Position numbers and translations under genes: made by a program. This document shows, piece by piece, positions 46,830-55,822 of a DNA stretch of 64,000 bases. The notes under the pieces are model-generated. The model was not told where the DNA came from and made no database searches. It saw nothing but the letters and a program-made list of their open reading frames with translations. The stretch's first letter is position 1; each line of letters begins with the position of its first letter. The stretch is taken from NCBI GenBank assembly GCA_049997875.1, contig JBEKRC010000005.1:1679-65678 (forward strand). Reading direction: 5' to 3'. The stretch is from Minisyncoccia bacterium (GTDB taxonomy: Bacteria > Patescibacteriota > Minisyncoccia > UBA6257 > 2-01-FULL-56-20).

Positions 46830-47939
46830 ATGAGAATTGTTGCGCACATAGACCTAGACGCTTTCTTTGCGGCGATAGAAGAAAGAGACAGAACGCGGTT
46901 GAGGGGGTTGCCGATTGTGGTGGGCGCGGATCCGGAGGAGGGGCGGGGACGGGGGGTTGTGTCTACGGCGAATTATAAGGCGCGGGAATATGGGATCCGG
47001 TCTGCTTTGCCGATCGCGACGGCGTGGCGATATTCGGAGGCGGCACGGAGGAAGGGGCTCGCGCCTGCGGTCTTTCTTGGGGTTGATATGGAAAAATATG
47101 CGGAGGAGTCGCGGCGCGTGATGGGGATCGTGCGCGAGGTTTTGGGGGCCACGGCGCTTGTGGAAGAGGCGTCGGTGGACGAGGCGTTTATTGATCTATC
47201 CTTTGCGGGTACCTACCTGCGCGCGGAGGCGGTGGCGCGTGAGGTGAAGCGCGCGATCAAAGAAAGAACGGGACTCACGGCATCCGTGGGCGTGGGGCCG
47301 AACAAGCTTATTGCGAAGATCGCCTCGGACCGGGAGAAGCCGGACGGGTTCACGCTCGTGCGCGAAGAGGATGCGGAAAAATTCCTTGAGCCCTTGCCGA
47401 TCCGCACGATCCCGGGCGTGGGACCGAAAACCGAGGCGCGGTTCAGGGAGCTCCGCGTGCGCACGGTGGGGGATGCAAAGCGCTTCTCGCGTGAGGAGCT
47501 TACGGAGATGCTGGGCAAGTGGGGCGCGGAACTTTATGAAAAACTGCGCGGGCGGGACGAGTCGCCGCTCGTTACGGAGTGGATCGCGAAGTCTGTGGGG
47601 GAGCAGGAGACCTTTCCGCACGACACGCACGATCCGAAGTTCCTGCGCGAGCGGCTGGCGGCGCTTGCGGCGGGGGTCTACGCGCGGTTCGCGGCCGAGG
47701 CCCGGGCGGGGCACTTTAAAAGCTTCCGCGGCGTCACGATCACCGTCCGCTTCGCGGATTTCACGACCGTCACGCGCGCGGCGACGCTTGATGAGCCCGT
47801 CGTGGCCCGCGACCCCGCGGCGCTTCAAACACTCCAGTTCCAGGCCTTGCGCCTCTTCATGCCCTTCCTTGACCGCCGCGAGAATCCCGCGCGCAAGGCC
47901 TTCCGGCTCCTCGGGGTGCGCGTGGAGAAGCTGGGTTAG
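46830..47939 (+). CDS. dinB: DNA polymerase IV
   Basis: HIDLDAFFA, STANYKAR, SVDEA, KIASDREKPDG. Confidence 0.95.
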   Translation: MRIVAHIDLDAFFAAIEERDRTRLRGLPIVVGADPEEGRGRGVVSTANYKAREYGIRSALPIATAWRYSEAARRKGLAPAVFLGVDMEKYAEESRRVMGIVREVLGATALVEEASVDEAFIDLSFAGTYLRAEAVAREVKRAIKERTGLTASVGVGPNKLIAKIASDREKPDGFTLVREEDAEKFLEPLPIRTIPGVGPKTEARFRELRVRTVGDAKRFSREELTEMLGKWGAELYEKLRGRDESPLVTEWIAKSVGEQETFPHDTHDPKFLRERLAALAAGVYARFAAEARAGHFKSFRGVTITVRFADFTTVTRAATLDEPVVARDPAALQTLQFQALRLFMPFLDRRENPARKAFRLLGVRVEKLG

Positions 47940-47949
47940 GGTTGGTCCC

Positions 47950-48005
47950 AAAAATCGAAACCCCTCTCGGGGAGAGGGGTTTCTCGGAGGCCGAAGCCCA
48001 TTGTG
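47950..48005 (-). ncRNA. Candidate sRNA of about 55 nt divergent from the PBECR/DUF2283 pair
   Basis: TTGACG-16-TATACT promoter, GGGC-TTCG-GCCT hairpin, strong terminator. Confidence 0.5.
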
Positions 48006-48010
48006 ATTCC

Positions 48011-48078
48011 AGTATAGCAGAAATGGAGCAACCGTCAAATTTCTTTTAATAAAGATTTAATGACCGTTGTGCTATGGT
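48011..48078. promoter_or_regulatory. Complete bidirectional box module
   Basis: GTCAA 48034-48038, 6-bp gap, box 48045-48061, 11 bp, TATGGT. Confidence 0.75.
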
Positions 48079-48097
48079 TATTCGAGAAAATTATCCA

Positions 48098-48429
48098 TGC
48101 CCGACGATCATATCTTTGAAATTGTTGATTACAGAGGGAAAGCGGTGGTTTTTTCTAAAGCAAAATGGGAGGAAAAACGATCCCGTCATCCGGAGTTGAA
48201 TAATGCGGCTTTTCTGAAGCGTCTTCGGCGGGCAATCATTGACCCGGACGAGGTTTGGGAAGATTATGAAGATAGAGAAAACAGGGCGTGCTATTATAAG
48301 AAATATTCTGATGCTTCTTATGCAAAGATTGTCGTGTGGACGGGCGCTCGCGGTAGCAGGGTGGTGACGGCGTATGAAACCAGTCATATCAAGGAAGCGG
48401 AATATCCGGAGCTAAGGCGCATAAAATAA
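48098..48429 (+). CDS. Putative PBECR-fold toxin
   Basis: RHPEL, AIIDPDEV, YYKKY, VVTAY. Confidence 0.7.
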
Positions 48430-48433
48430 TCGC

Positions 48434-48850
48434 ATGAAAAAAGTATTGAACAAAAAAAAGATATTACACTTCATTTCCCACTTTCCAGAGATCGCCCAGC
48501 GGGAACGTTGGGTATCCGATTACGATACCGACGACGATTCGCTTGCGATCCGGACGCCGAAGCTTTCCGTGGATTCGCGCAAGCGATACATAAGCGACGA
48601 TTTTGATTTTTATGTAAATCCCAAGAACGAGGTTGAAGGAGTGTTTATAGAATATTTTGTGAGCAATTTTGTTGCGCATCATGGGGATTTTAGGAAAATC
48701 GCACAAGGGCTGAGGCGTGAGCGATTGAAAGAAAAAAAAGGCCTGATCGCGCTCAATAAAAACGAGGTGAAAAAGATCGTACCTGAACTTCAGGAGGCAA
48801 TCGTCAATTCGCTCATCTCGGATAGGAGTGTTAAAAAGGCGATATCATAG
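48434..48850 (+). CDS. DUF2283-like putative antitoxin
   Basis: DYDTDDDSLAI..VEGVFIE. Confidence 0.65.
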   Translation: MKKVLNKKKILHFISHFPEIAQRERWVSDYDTDDDSLAIRTPKLSVDSRKRYISDDFDFYVNPKNEVEGVFIEYFVSNFVAHHGDFRKIAQGLRRERLKEKKGLIALNKNEVKKIVPELQEAIVNSLISDRSVKKAIS

Positions 48851-48884
48851 GCGCTTGGATTTTGCACGTAGAGAAAGCTACAAG

Positions 48885-49118
48885 ATGCGAATCTTTGTGA
48901 AGGCAAAACCGGGCGCGAAGGTGGCGCGGGTCACGCGCGTGGATGCGCTGGATGGTTCGGCGCACTTTTTGGTTGCGGTCAAGGAACCCGCCATAGACGG
49001 CCGCGCGAACCGTGCAATAGAAAAAGCGCTTGCAGAGTATTTTAAAGTGCCGCCGTCGCGCGTGCGGATCACGCGTGGCCATTCCGCGAAGCAAAAAGTG
49101 GTGGAGATTGCAGAGTAG
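48885..49118 (+). CDS. DUF167/YggU protein
   Basis: VKAKPGAK, PAIDGRAN, GHSAKQKVVEI. Confidence 0.9.
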   Translation: MRIFVKAKPGAKVARVTRVDALDGSAHFLVAVKEPAIDGRANRAIEKALAEYFKVPPSRVRITRGHSAKQKVVEIAE

Positions 49119-49130
49119 GTTGCCCGAGCG

Positions 49131-50186
49131 TTACACGTCCAATGTCCCGTTTGCGCGGAGCGGGTAGCGCTTTTTACGGAGATGCGCCATGTAGCCTGCG
49201 GCGCCTATCATGGCGGCATTGTCCAAGTTGTATTTGAAGTCGGGGACGAAAAAATTGCAGCCGATGAGTCCCGCGGTGCGTGCGAGGGCGCGCCGTAAGT
49301 GCTTGTTCGCCGCGACGCCGCCGCAGAGGAGGATTGATTCCGCCGCGCACTCTTGCGCCGCGCGGCGCGTTTTCGCAACGAGGACGTCCACGACGGCTTG
49401 TTCAAATCCGGCGGCGACATCGGCTTTGTTCACTTTTTGTTTCGCAAGCTTGGCATCGCGCAAGTAATAAAGTACGGAAGTTTTGAGCCCGGAAAAGCTG
49501 AAGTCGTAATTTTTTTGGTCCAGCATGGGGCGCGGGAAGGTAATGGCGAAGGAATTGCCGCGTGCGGCAAGCTTTTCTATTTCCGGTCCGCCGGGATAGG
49601 GGAGGTCAAGCAAGCGCGCCACTTTGTCAAACGCCTCGCCCGCCGCGTCGTCGCGCGTTTCGCCGAGCCGCCGCCATTTCACGAACGATTCCATGCGGAG
49701 AAGGATCGTATGGCCGCCGGAGACGATGAGCGCCACGGCGGGGAATATTTTTTTAGGGAGCAAGGCCGACGCATAGGCCTTGGAAGACCGCGATGGCAAA
49801 AGAAAGCTGTAAAGATGCCCTTCCAGATGATTCGCGCCCACGAGCGGGACTTTATATTCCTTTGCGAGTTCTTTCGCGAAGCCGATGCCGGTCCAAAGCG
49901 CGGGCTCAAGGCCGGGGCCGACCGTGACTGCGATAAGGTCCGGTTTCAGGGCGTGGTGTTCCGCGCGCAGCGCTTTTTTTAGTCTTTCAAAAAGGATCGG
50001 CAGATTTTTCAAATGCTCGCGCTTCGCGAGGTTCGGCACGACGCCGCCGAACGGCCGGTGGATCGGGATCTGCGACGCGACGAGATTTTCAATAACCTCA
50101 AAGCGTGGTGCACGGAGGCCGCCGGTCACCCGGAGCAACGCGATCCCCGTTTCGTCGCACGAGGTTTCAATGGCAAGGATGTTCAT
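49131..50186 (-). CDS. tsaD: t6A synthase subunit
   Basis: IETSCDET, NHLEGH, VSGGHT, DDAAGEAFDK, DNAAMI. Confidence 0.97.
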   Translation of the reverse strand: MNILAIETSCDETGIALLRVTGGLRAPRFEVIENLVASQIPIHRPFGGVVPNLAKREHLKNLPILFERLKKALRAEHHALKPDLIAVTVGPGLEPALWTGIGFAKELAKEYKVPLVGANHLEGHLYSFLLPSRSSKAYASALLPKKIFPAVALIVSGGHTILLRMESFVKWRRLGETRDDAAGEAFDKVARLLDLPYPGGPEIEKLAARGNSFAITFPRPMLDQKNYDFSFSGLKTSVLYYLRDAKLAKQKVNKADVAAGFEQAVVDVLVAKTRRAAQECAAESILLCGGVAANKHLRRALARTAGLIGCNFFVPDFKYNLDNAAMIGAAGYMAHLRKKRYPLRANGTLDV

Positions 50187-50327
50187 GGCGCGTGGTTATA
50201 TCATGCGGCAGAAAGGCGGCTGACCGCAACCCGCGCCGCCCTGCACCAAGCGGCACTTGACAGCCGTACTATAATATAAGAATGGTTATCCAAAGGTCGT
50301 TGTTTTTCTAAAGATTCTACAAAGAAC

Positions 50328-50660
50328 ATGGACAATAAAGACAATCAAAGCGGTCACCCGGAGGGATGCAAGTGCTCTGCGTGCCGCTGCGAGCAGTGCA
50401 ATTGCGGGCAGTGCGGTTGCGGGCATTGGGGAGGCAGGTTTTCCTGGCTCCGGATCCTCATCGCGATTATCATCCTTATCTTCGTATTTGGGGTCGGTTT
50501 CAAGCTCGGCGAGCTCAAGGGTTCGCTTGGATACGGTCGGCACAACGGTTACTACATGATGGGAGCGCCGTACTACACGGGTTCTCCGGCCGGCATGATG
50601 GGAGGGCGCTACTATAACAATGTGGGCGGTACAGCCAGTTCAACGCCAGTCACGAAATAA
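50328..50660 (+). CDS. Small membrane protein with a Cys-rich N-terminus
   Basis: CKCSACRCEQCNCGQCGC followed by one TM helix. Confidence 0.7.
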   Translation: MDNKDNQSGHPEGCKCSACRCEQCNCGQCGCGHWGGRFSWLRILIAIIILIFVFGVGFKLGELKGSLGYGRHNGYYMMGAPYYTGSPAGMMGGRYYNNVGGTASSTPVTK

Positions 50661-50668
50661 GAGTTGGA

Positions 50669-51208
50669 ATGAAAATTTTAGGCATCGTAGGGAGTTTGCG
50701 GAAAGGGTCGCTGAACCGCATGCTCATGCAGGCTATCCAAGAGCTCGCGCCCGAGGGGATGACGGTTGAAATAGCAGAGATCGGAAACTTGCCGCTCTTC
50801 AATCAGGACCTTGAAGCGAGTTTTCCGAAGGAGGCAGAGGAGATGAAGGATAAGATCCGTGCGGCAGACGGCGTGATCATCGCGACACCGGAATATGACC
50901 GTTCCATTCCCGGCGTTTTGAAAAACGCGCTTGATTGGACCTCGCGGCCGTACGGCCAAAGCGCATGGCCGGGAAAGGTGGTCGCCGTCGTCGGCGCCTC
51001 GGGCGGCGCCATCGGCACCGCGGTCGCGCAGTCGCATTTGAAGCAGATCCTGCTTTATCTTGATGCCCGCGTGGTCGGCCAGCCGGAGTTCTACCTCGGC
51101 GGTGCCGTGGCAAAGTTTGATAAGGACGGGAAGCTCACCGACGAAGCGACGAAGGAACACATTGCGAAGCTCCTCGGCGTGCTCGGGGAGAAAATTCGTC
51201 AAAAGTAG
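50669..51208 (+). CDS. NADPH-dependent FMN reductase
   Basis: GSLRKGSLN, TPEYDRSIPGVLKNALDW. Confidence 0.94.
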   Translation: MKILGIVGSLRKGSLNRMLMQAIQELAPEGMTVEIAEIGNLPLFNQDLEASFPKEAEEMKDKIRAADGVIIATPEYDRSIPGVLKNALDWTSRPYGQSAWPGKVVAVVGASGGAIGTAVAQSHLKQILLYLDARVVGQPEFYLGGAVAKFDKDGKLTDEATKEHIAKLLGVLGEKIRQK

Positions 51209-51226
51209 TGCGCTGGGCCGTGTAAC

Positions 51227-51270
51227 CGTTTTTCCTTGCGGCGTTTTTCCTTGCGGCGTTTTCCTTGCAG
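51227..51270. repeat. 15-nt tandem repeat (three copies) in the rplY promoter
   Basis: CGTTTTTCCTTGCGG twice plus CGTTTTCCTTGCAG. Confidence 0.8.
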
Positions 51271-51300
51271 GGGTGGCTTGGTTCTGCTAGTATGACCCCT

Positions 51301-52041
51301 ATGGATTTGTTGGTGCAAAAAAGGGAAAAATTCGGGAAGCAGGTGAAGGCACTCCGGAGGGAGGGCCTTATTCCCGCCGAGCTCTACGGTCACGGCCTTG
51401 CGAACGTCCATCTTGCAGTGCCGGCGCGGGACTTTGGAAAAGCGTTCAAGGAGGCGGGTACAAATACGGTGATCACGCTCGTTATTGATAAGGAGAAAAA
51501 ACCGGCGCTCATTTATGACGTTGTACGCGACGCGTTGACGGACGAGGTGGCGCACGTTGATTTTTATCAGGTGAGGATGGATGAGAAAATTAAGGCGAAG
51601 GTGCCGCTTACGTTTGTGGGTGAGTCGGCGGCGGTGAAGGAGAAGGGGGCGATTCTCAACAAATCAGTGTCCGAAATTGAGGTGGAGGCGCTGCCGCAGG
51701 ATCTGCCACACAGTTTTGCTGTCAACCTTTCGCTCCTTGATGATATCGGGAAGAGCGTGTACGTGCGCGACCTTGCAGTGCCGGAAACAGTGAAGCTTCT
51801 TATTGACGGGAATATGGCGATCGCGACGGCGACGCCGCCCGCGCCGAAGGAGGAGGAAAAAGTGGTGGAGGAAGTGGTGCCGGACGTGTCTGAGGTGAAG
51901 GTGGAGACGGAGGAGAAAAAAGCGGAACGGGTTGCGGAGAAGGGGGAGAAAACGGAGAAGTCGGAGAAAGCCGAAAAGGCGGAAAAGGCAGGCAAAGAAG
52001 GAAAAACCGAAGTGAAAACGGGGAAGCCCGATACCAAATAG
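51301..52041 (+). CDS. rplY: 50S ribosomal protein L25/Ctc
   Basis: LRREGLIPAELYG, HVDFY, acidic/Lys tail. Confidence 0.95.
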   Translation: MDLLVQKREKFGKQVKALRREGLIPAELYGHGLANVHLAVPARDFGKAFKEAGTNTVITLVIDKEKKPALIYDVVRDALTDEVAHVDFYQVRMDEKIKAKVPLTFVGESAAVKEKGAILNKSVSEIEVEALPQDLPHSFAVNLSLLDDIGKSVYVRDLAVPETVKLLIDGNMAIATATPPAPKEEEKVVEEVVPDVSEVKVETEEKKAERVAEKGEKTEKSEKAEKAEKAGKEGKTEVKTGKPDTK

Positions 52042-52064
52042 CCCCCGTTTCCGTTATAATGTGA

Positions 52065-53537
52065 ATGATGCAAAGACCTTTGCGGCCAAGAGTTTTAGGT
52101 GACGTTACGCCGCGGCAGGGAACGCGCGGAGGGCGATGGAACGCATTCGCCGGGGTGCCCGCGCGGATCAATTTGTCTTACAAAAAGACGCTGCAGCTTC
52201 CCGTCGTGAAACTGTTCAAAACGGCGGTCATTTTCTGCGGGGCGATTTTTCTGGTCGTGGGATCGGTCGTGGCGCCCGCTATTTTCACCCGTGCCTCGGG
52301 CGACGCGGCGACAACGACTGACACAACGGCGGAGCGCGCCCAGCTGCAGGACCAGCTTCAGCAGCTTGAGTCGCAGATCAACCAATATGAGGGACAGATT
52401 CAGAGTTACGAGAAGCAGGGGAATACGCTGAACGGCGAGATCGCCACATTGAACGCCAAAATCGCGAAATTAAATTTACAAATCCAGGCGACCAACCTGA
52501 CCATCTCCCAATTGAACGGTCAGATCGCGAACACCCAAACGCAGATTGCGACTACGCAGGCGGACATCGTGGGCAAGAAAACGGCGATCGGAGGGCTCAT
52601 GCAAGGTTTGTACGAGAACGACCAGGTGAACCTGCTCCAAATGTTTTTAAAGAACCCGCACCTTTCGGATTTTTGGAACGACACCGAGAATATCACGCTT
52701 GCGCAGGATAGTCTGCGCGTGACCGTGCAGCAGATTACGGATCTTCAAAGCCAACTGCAAGACCAAGAGCAGCAATTCCAAGCGTCCAAGGCGGACGCGG
52801 CGAGCGCGGCGGCGTACCAGCAGGCGCAGGCGAGCGAAGTGGCGGGTACGAAGAGTGAGAAGTCGGAGCTTCTCGCGGAAACCAAAGGACAGGAATCAAA
52901 ATATCAGACGCTCCTCGCGCAAACGAAGGCCACGGCGGCGGATATCAGGAACCGGATCTTCCAATTGCTGGGCGGGGGACAGCTTACCTTTGAGCAGGCG
53001 TATCAGTACGCCAAGCTTGCCTCAAGCGCGACGGGGATAGATCCCGCTTTTATCCTTGCGATTTTGGACCGCGAGTCGGCGTTGGGCGAGAACGTGGGGA
53101 AATGCAGTTACCAGACGGCGATGCGGCCCTCGGACATTCCCATTTTTCTTCAAATTACCCAGTCGCTCAATCTTGACCCGAATACAATGACGGTATCCTG
53201 CCCGAACGCGGATGGTGCGTACGGCGGCGCCATGGGACCGGCGCAATTCGTCCCTTCCACGTGGATGTTGTATACGAACGAGGTGCAGAGTATCACGAAC
53301 GACAATCCTCCGTCGCCGTGGAACAATGCGGATGCGTTCGCGGCGACCGCGCTCTACTTGCAGGATGCGATGACCGGCTGCAAATCGGTCTACAGTTCCG
53401 CCGTGAGCCAGGAGCGGTGCACGGCGGCGAAGTATTACGCGGGGAGCCGCTGGAAGAACTATTTATGGACTTATGGTGAGGCCGTCGTGGAGCGCGCGCA
53501 GAGCTTCGCGGGCGACATTCAGACGATCACGTCATGA
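52065..53537 (+). CDS. Coiled-coil lytic murein transglycosylase
   Basis: Long coiled coil, ILDRES, GGAMGPAQFVPSTW. Confidence 0.88.
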   Translation: MMQRPLRPRVLGDVTPRQGTRGGRWNAFAGVPARINLSYKKTLQLPVVKLFKTAVIFCGAIFLVVGSVVAPAIFTRASGDAATTTDTTAERAQLQDQLQQLESQINQYEGQIQSYEKQGNTLNGEIATLNAKIAKLNLQIQATNLTISQLNGQIANTQTQIATTQADIVGKKTAIGGLMQGLYENDQVNLLQMFLKNPHLSDFWNDTENITLAQDSLRVTVQQITDLQSQLQDQEQQFQASKADAASAAAYQQAQASEVAGTKSEKSELLAETKGQESKYQTLLAQTKATAADIRNRIFQLLGGGQLTFEQAYQYAKLASSATGIDPAFILAILDRESALGENVGKCSYQTAMRPSDIPIFLQITQSLNLDPNTMTVSCPNADGAYGGAMGPAQFVPSTWMLYTNEVQSITNDNPPSPWNNADAFAATALYLQDAMTGCKSVYSSAVSQERCTAAKYYAGSRWKNYLWTYGEAVVERAQSFAGDIQTITS

Positions 53538-54811
53538 GGCCCGCGAAAAAGATCGTTCTTAAAAACGGTTTGCGCCTGATCCTTGTGCCGCAGCCCTCGG
53601 GGCTCGCGGCAAGCGTTTTGATACTGGTCACCGCCGGGTCGGAATACGAGACGAAAGACAAGAACGGCATCTCGCATTTTTTGGAGCATATGACCTTTAA
53701 GGGTACGGCTCGCCGGCCGCAGCCCGGGATGATCGCCGAGGAAATTGCGGCCTTGGGCGCCCAGGCCAATGCGTTTACGACACAGGAGTTCACGGGCTAT
53801 TGGGCAAAAGCGGAAGCGCGGAAGCTCCCCCAAATTTTTGACATCGTGACCGATCTCTATTTGCATCCGCTTTTTTCGCCTCCGGAGATAGAGAAAGAAC
53901 GGGGAGTGATCATTGAGGAAATGAACATGTATGAGGATATACCCATGCGGAGGGTAGAGGATGTGCTGCGCTCCCTCCTCTATGGCGACCAGCCGGCCGG
54001 ATGGAAGGTGGATGGCGAGAAGGAAATTGTGAAAAAGCTTTCGCGGGAAGATTTTGTCGCGTACCGCAACGAACGATACGTAATGCCGGGAACGGTGGTG
54101 GTCGTTGCCGGAAAGTTCAACGAGAAGAAGGTGGTGGGCGATGTGCGCCGCGCGTTCGGCGGGACTCCGCGGCACCACGTTCGGAGGAAAACGGAGACCC
54201 GCGAGCGCCAATCGGGGCCGCGGCTTGCGGTGAAGTTCAAAAAATCCGACCAGGGGCACCTTGCGTTCGGGTTCCGGGCGTTCAATATCTACGACCCACG
54301 GCGCTACGCGCTCCAGGTGCTCGCGGACGTTCTTGGAGGGGGTACGAGCTCGCGGCTTTGGAAGCGCGTGCGCGAGGAGCTTGGCGCGGCGTATTACGTG
54401 CAGGCAGAGGCCGATCTTTCCCTTGACCACGGCATGCTCGGAATATCCGCCGGCGCGGATCGCACGAGAATCGGGGCCGTCGTAGAAGCCATTCTTGCGG
54501 AATGCCGGAAACTCGCCAGGGAATCGATTCCCAAAAAAGAACTTCAGAAATCAAAAGACCATCTTATAGGGAGCCTTATCCTTGGCCTTGAGACCTCGGA
54601 TGAGCTCGGCAGCTTTTACGGGGGGCAGGAGATCCTCACGAAGGCCCTTTTGCCGCCGGAGCGGATTATAGATAGAATAAAGGCGACGACGGCGGAGGAA
54701 GTGCGGGCGGTCGCCCGGACCATCTTCAAAAATCAAGGGCTCAATCTTGCCGTCATCGGTCCCTACCGCAACCGGGCCATGTTCAAAAAAATTCTCACGT
54801 TACCACGATGA
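53534..54811 (+). CDS. M16 (pitrilysin-family) peptidase
   Basis: HFLEH, NAFT, VREELG. Confidence 0.93.
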   Translation: MRPAKKIVLKNGLRLILVPQPSGLAASVLILVTAGSEYETKDKNGISHFLEHMTFKGTARRPQPGMIAEEIAALGAQANAFTTQEFTGYWAKAEARKLPQIFDIVTDLYLHPLFSPPEIEKERGVIIEEMNMYEDIPMRRVEDVLRSLLYGDQPAGWKVDGEKEIVKKLSREDFVAYRNERYVMPGTVVVVAGKFNEKKVVGDVRRAFGGTPRHHVRRKTETRERQSGPRLAVKFKKSDQGHLAFGFRAFNIYDPRRYALQVLADVLGGGTSSRLWKRVREELGAAYYVQAEADLSLDHGMLGISAGADRTRIGAVVEAILAECRKLARESIPKKELQKSKDHLIGSLILGLETSDELGSFYGGQEILTKALLPPERIIDRIKATTAEEVRAVARTIFKNQGLNLAVIGPYRNRAMFKKILTLPR

Positions 54812-55821
54812 TGGAAAACCGCCTCTCTGAAATTTCCTGGGCAAGCTTGTGGCGGATACTTCTCTTCGTCGTTTTAATCGCGATTTTGTACGAGGGAAGG
54901 CAGATCGTCCTCGGGCTTTTCCTTGCCATCATCATTTCATCCGGCCTTGAGTGGTTCGTGGACCTCTTAGAGCGAGTAGGGCTCCCGCGCAGCGTGGGGG
55001 TAATCCTCATATTTCTCGCTGCGGTATTTCTGCTTGTCTTTATCATTTATTCCCTTGCGCCCGTCATCATCGTGGAATTGAACACGATTTTCTCCGGCAG
55101 CGGGCAGGGGGCGGCTGGCAGCTGGGGGACGCTCATAAGTTTAAAGGCATCGCAGTCCGTGAGCGGATTTGTGAGCAAGTTTTCCTCATCGCTCTTTTCG
55201 GGCAGTGCCTCGCCCTTGGATCTCTTTTCCAATGCCGTAGGGAGCGTAGGGCTCGTCGTGGCCGTCATTCTCTGCTCGTTTTATCTGAGTTTGAGCAAAG
55301 ACGGGGTGGAGCGTTTCCTCCGGGTGGTCGTTCCGCCGACGTATGAGGCAACGGCCCTCACCATCTACGAACGCTCGCGAAAGCTCATCAGTAACTGGTT
55401 CCGCATGCAGATCCTTTTGAGCTTCATCTTCGGATTTACGGTATGGGCCGGCCTCGCCCTCCTCGGCGTGAAGTATAGTTTCCTTATCGCATTCCTCGCG
55501 GGCATTTTTGAGCTCGTGCCGTTCGTGGGGCCGTTTCTTTCCGGCGCGCTTGCCGTGATCTCGGCGCTCTCCACGTCTACGACGCTCGCGATCTACACGC
55601 TGATATTCTTCGTCATTGCCGAACAGTTTGAGGCAAACGTTCTTGTGCCGCTCCTGAACCAGCAGATCGTGGGCATCCATCCGGTCATCGTGATCGTCGC
55701 GTTGCTCATCGGCGCCGAGGTGGGCGGCATTTTGGGCATCATCATTTCGGTTCCTGCCGCAGGCATCTTCCAAGAGGTCATTCGGGAGTGGTCAACCAAG
55801 CGGCGCAGCGTGGCGACATAG
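54808..55821 (+). CDS. AI-2E family transporter
   Basis: ELVPFVGP, EQFEANVLVP, GIHP. Confidence 0.9.
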   Translation: MMENRLSEISWASLWRILLFVVLIAILYEGRQIVLGLFLAIIISSGLEWFVDLLERVGLPRSVGVILIFLAAVFLLVFIIYSLAPVIIVELNTIFSGSGQGAAGSWGTLISLKASQSVSGFVSKFSSSLFSGSASPLDLFSNAVGSVGLVVAVILCSFYLSLSKDGVERFLRVVVPPTYEATALTIYERSRKLISNWFRMQILLSFIFGFTVWAGLALLGVKYSFLIAFLAGIFELVPFVGPFLSGALAVISALSTSTTLAIYTLIFFVIAEQFEANVLVPLLNQQIVGIHPVIVIVALLIGAEVGGILGIIISVPAAGIFQEVIREWSTKRRSVAT

Positions 55822-55822
55822 C

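Noticed and set aside
41820-47939. LexA boxes at SRAP or dinB
   Set aside because: No shared palindrome found upstream of these genes
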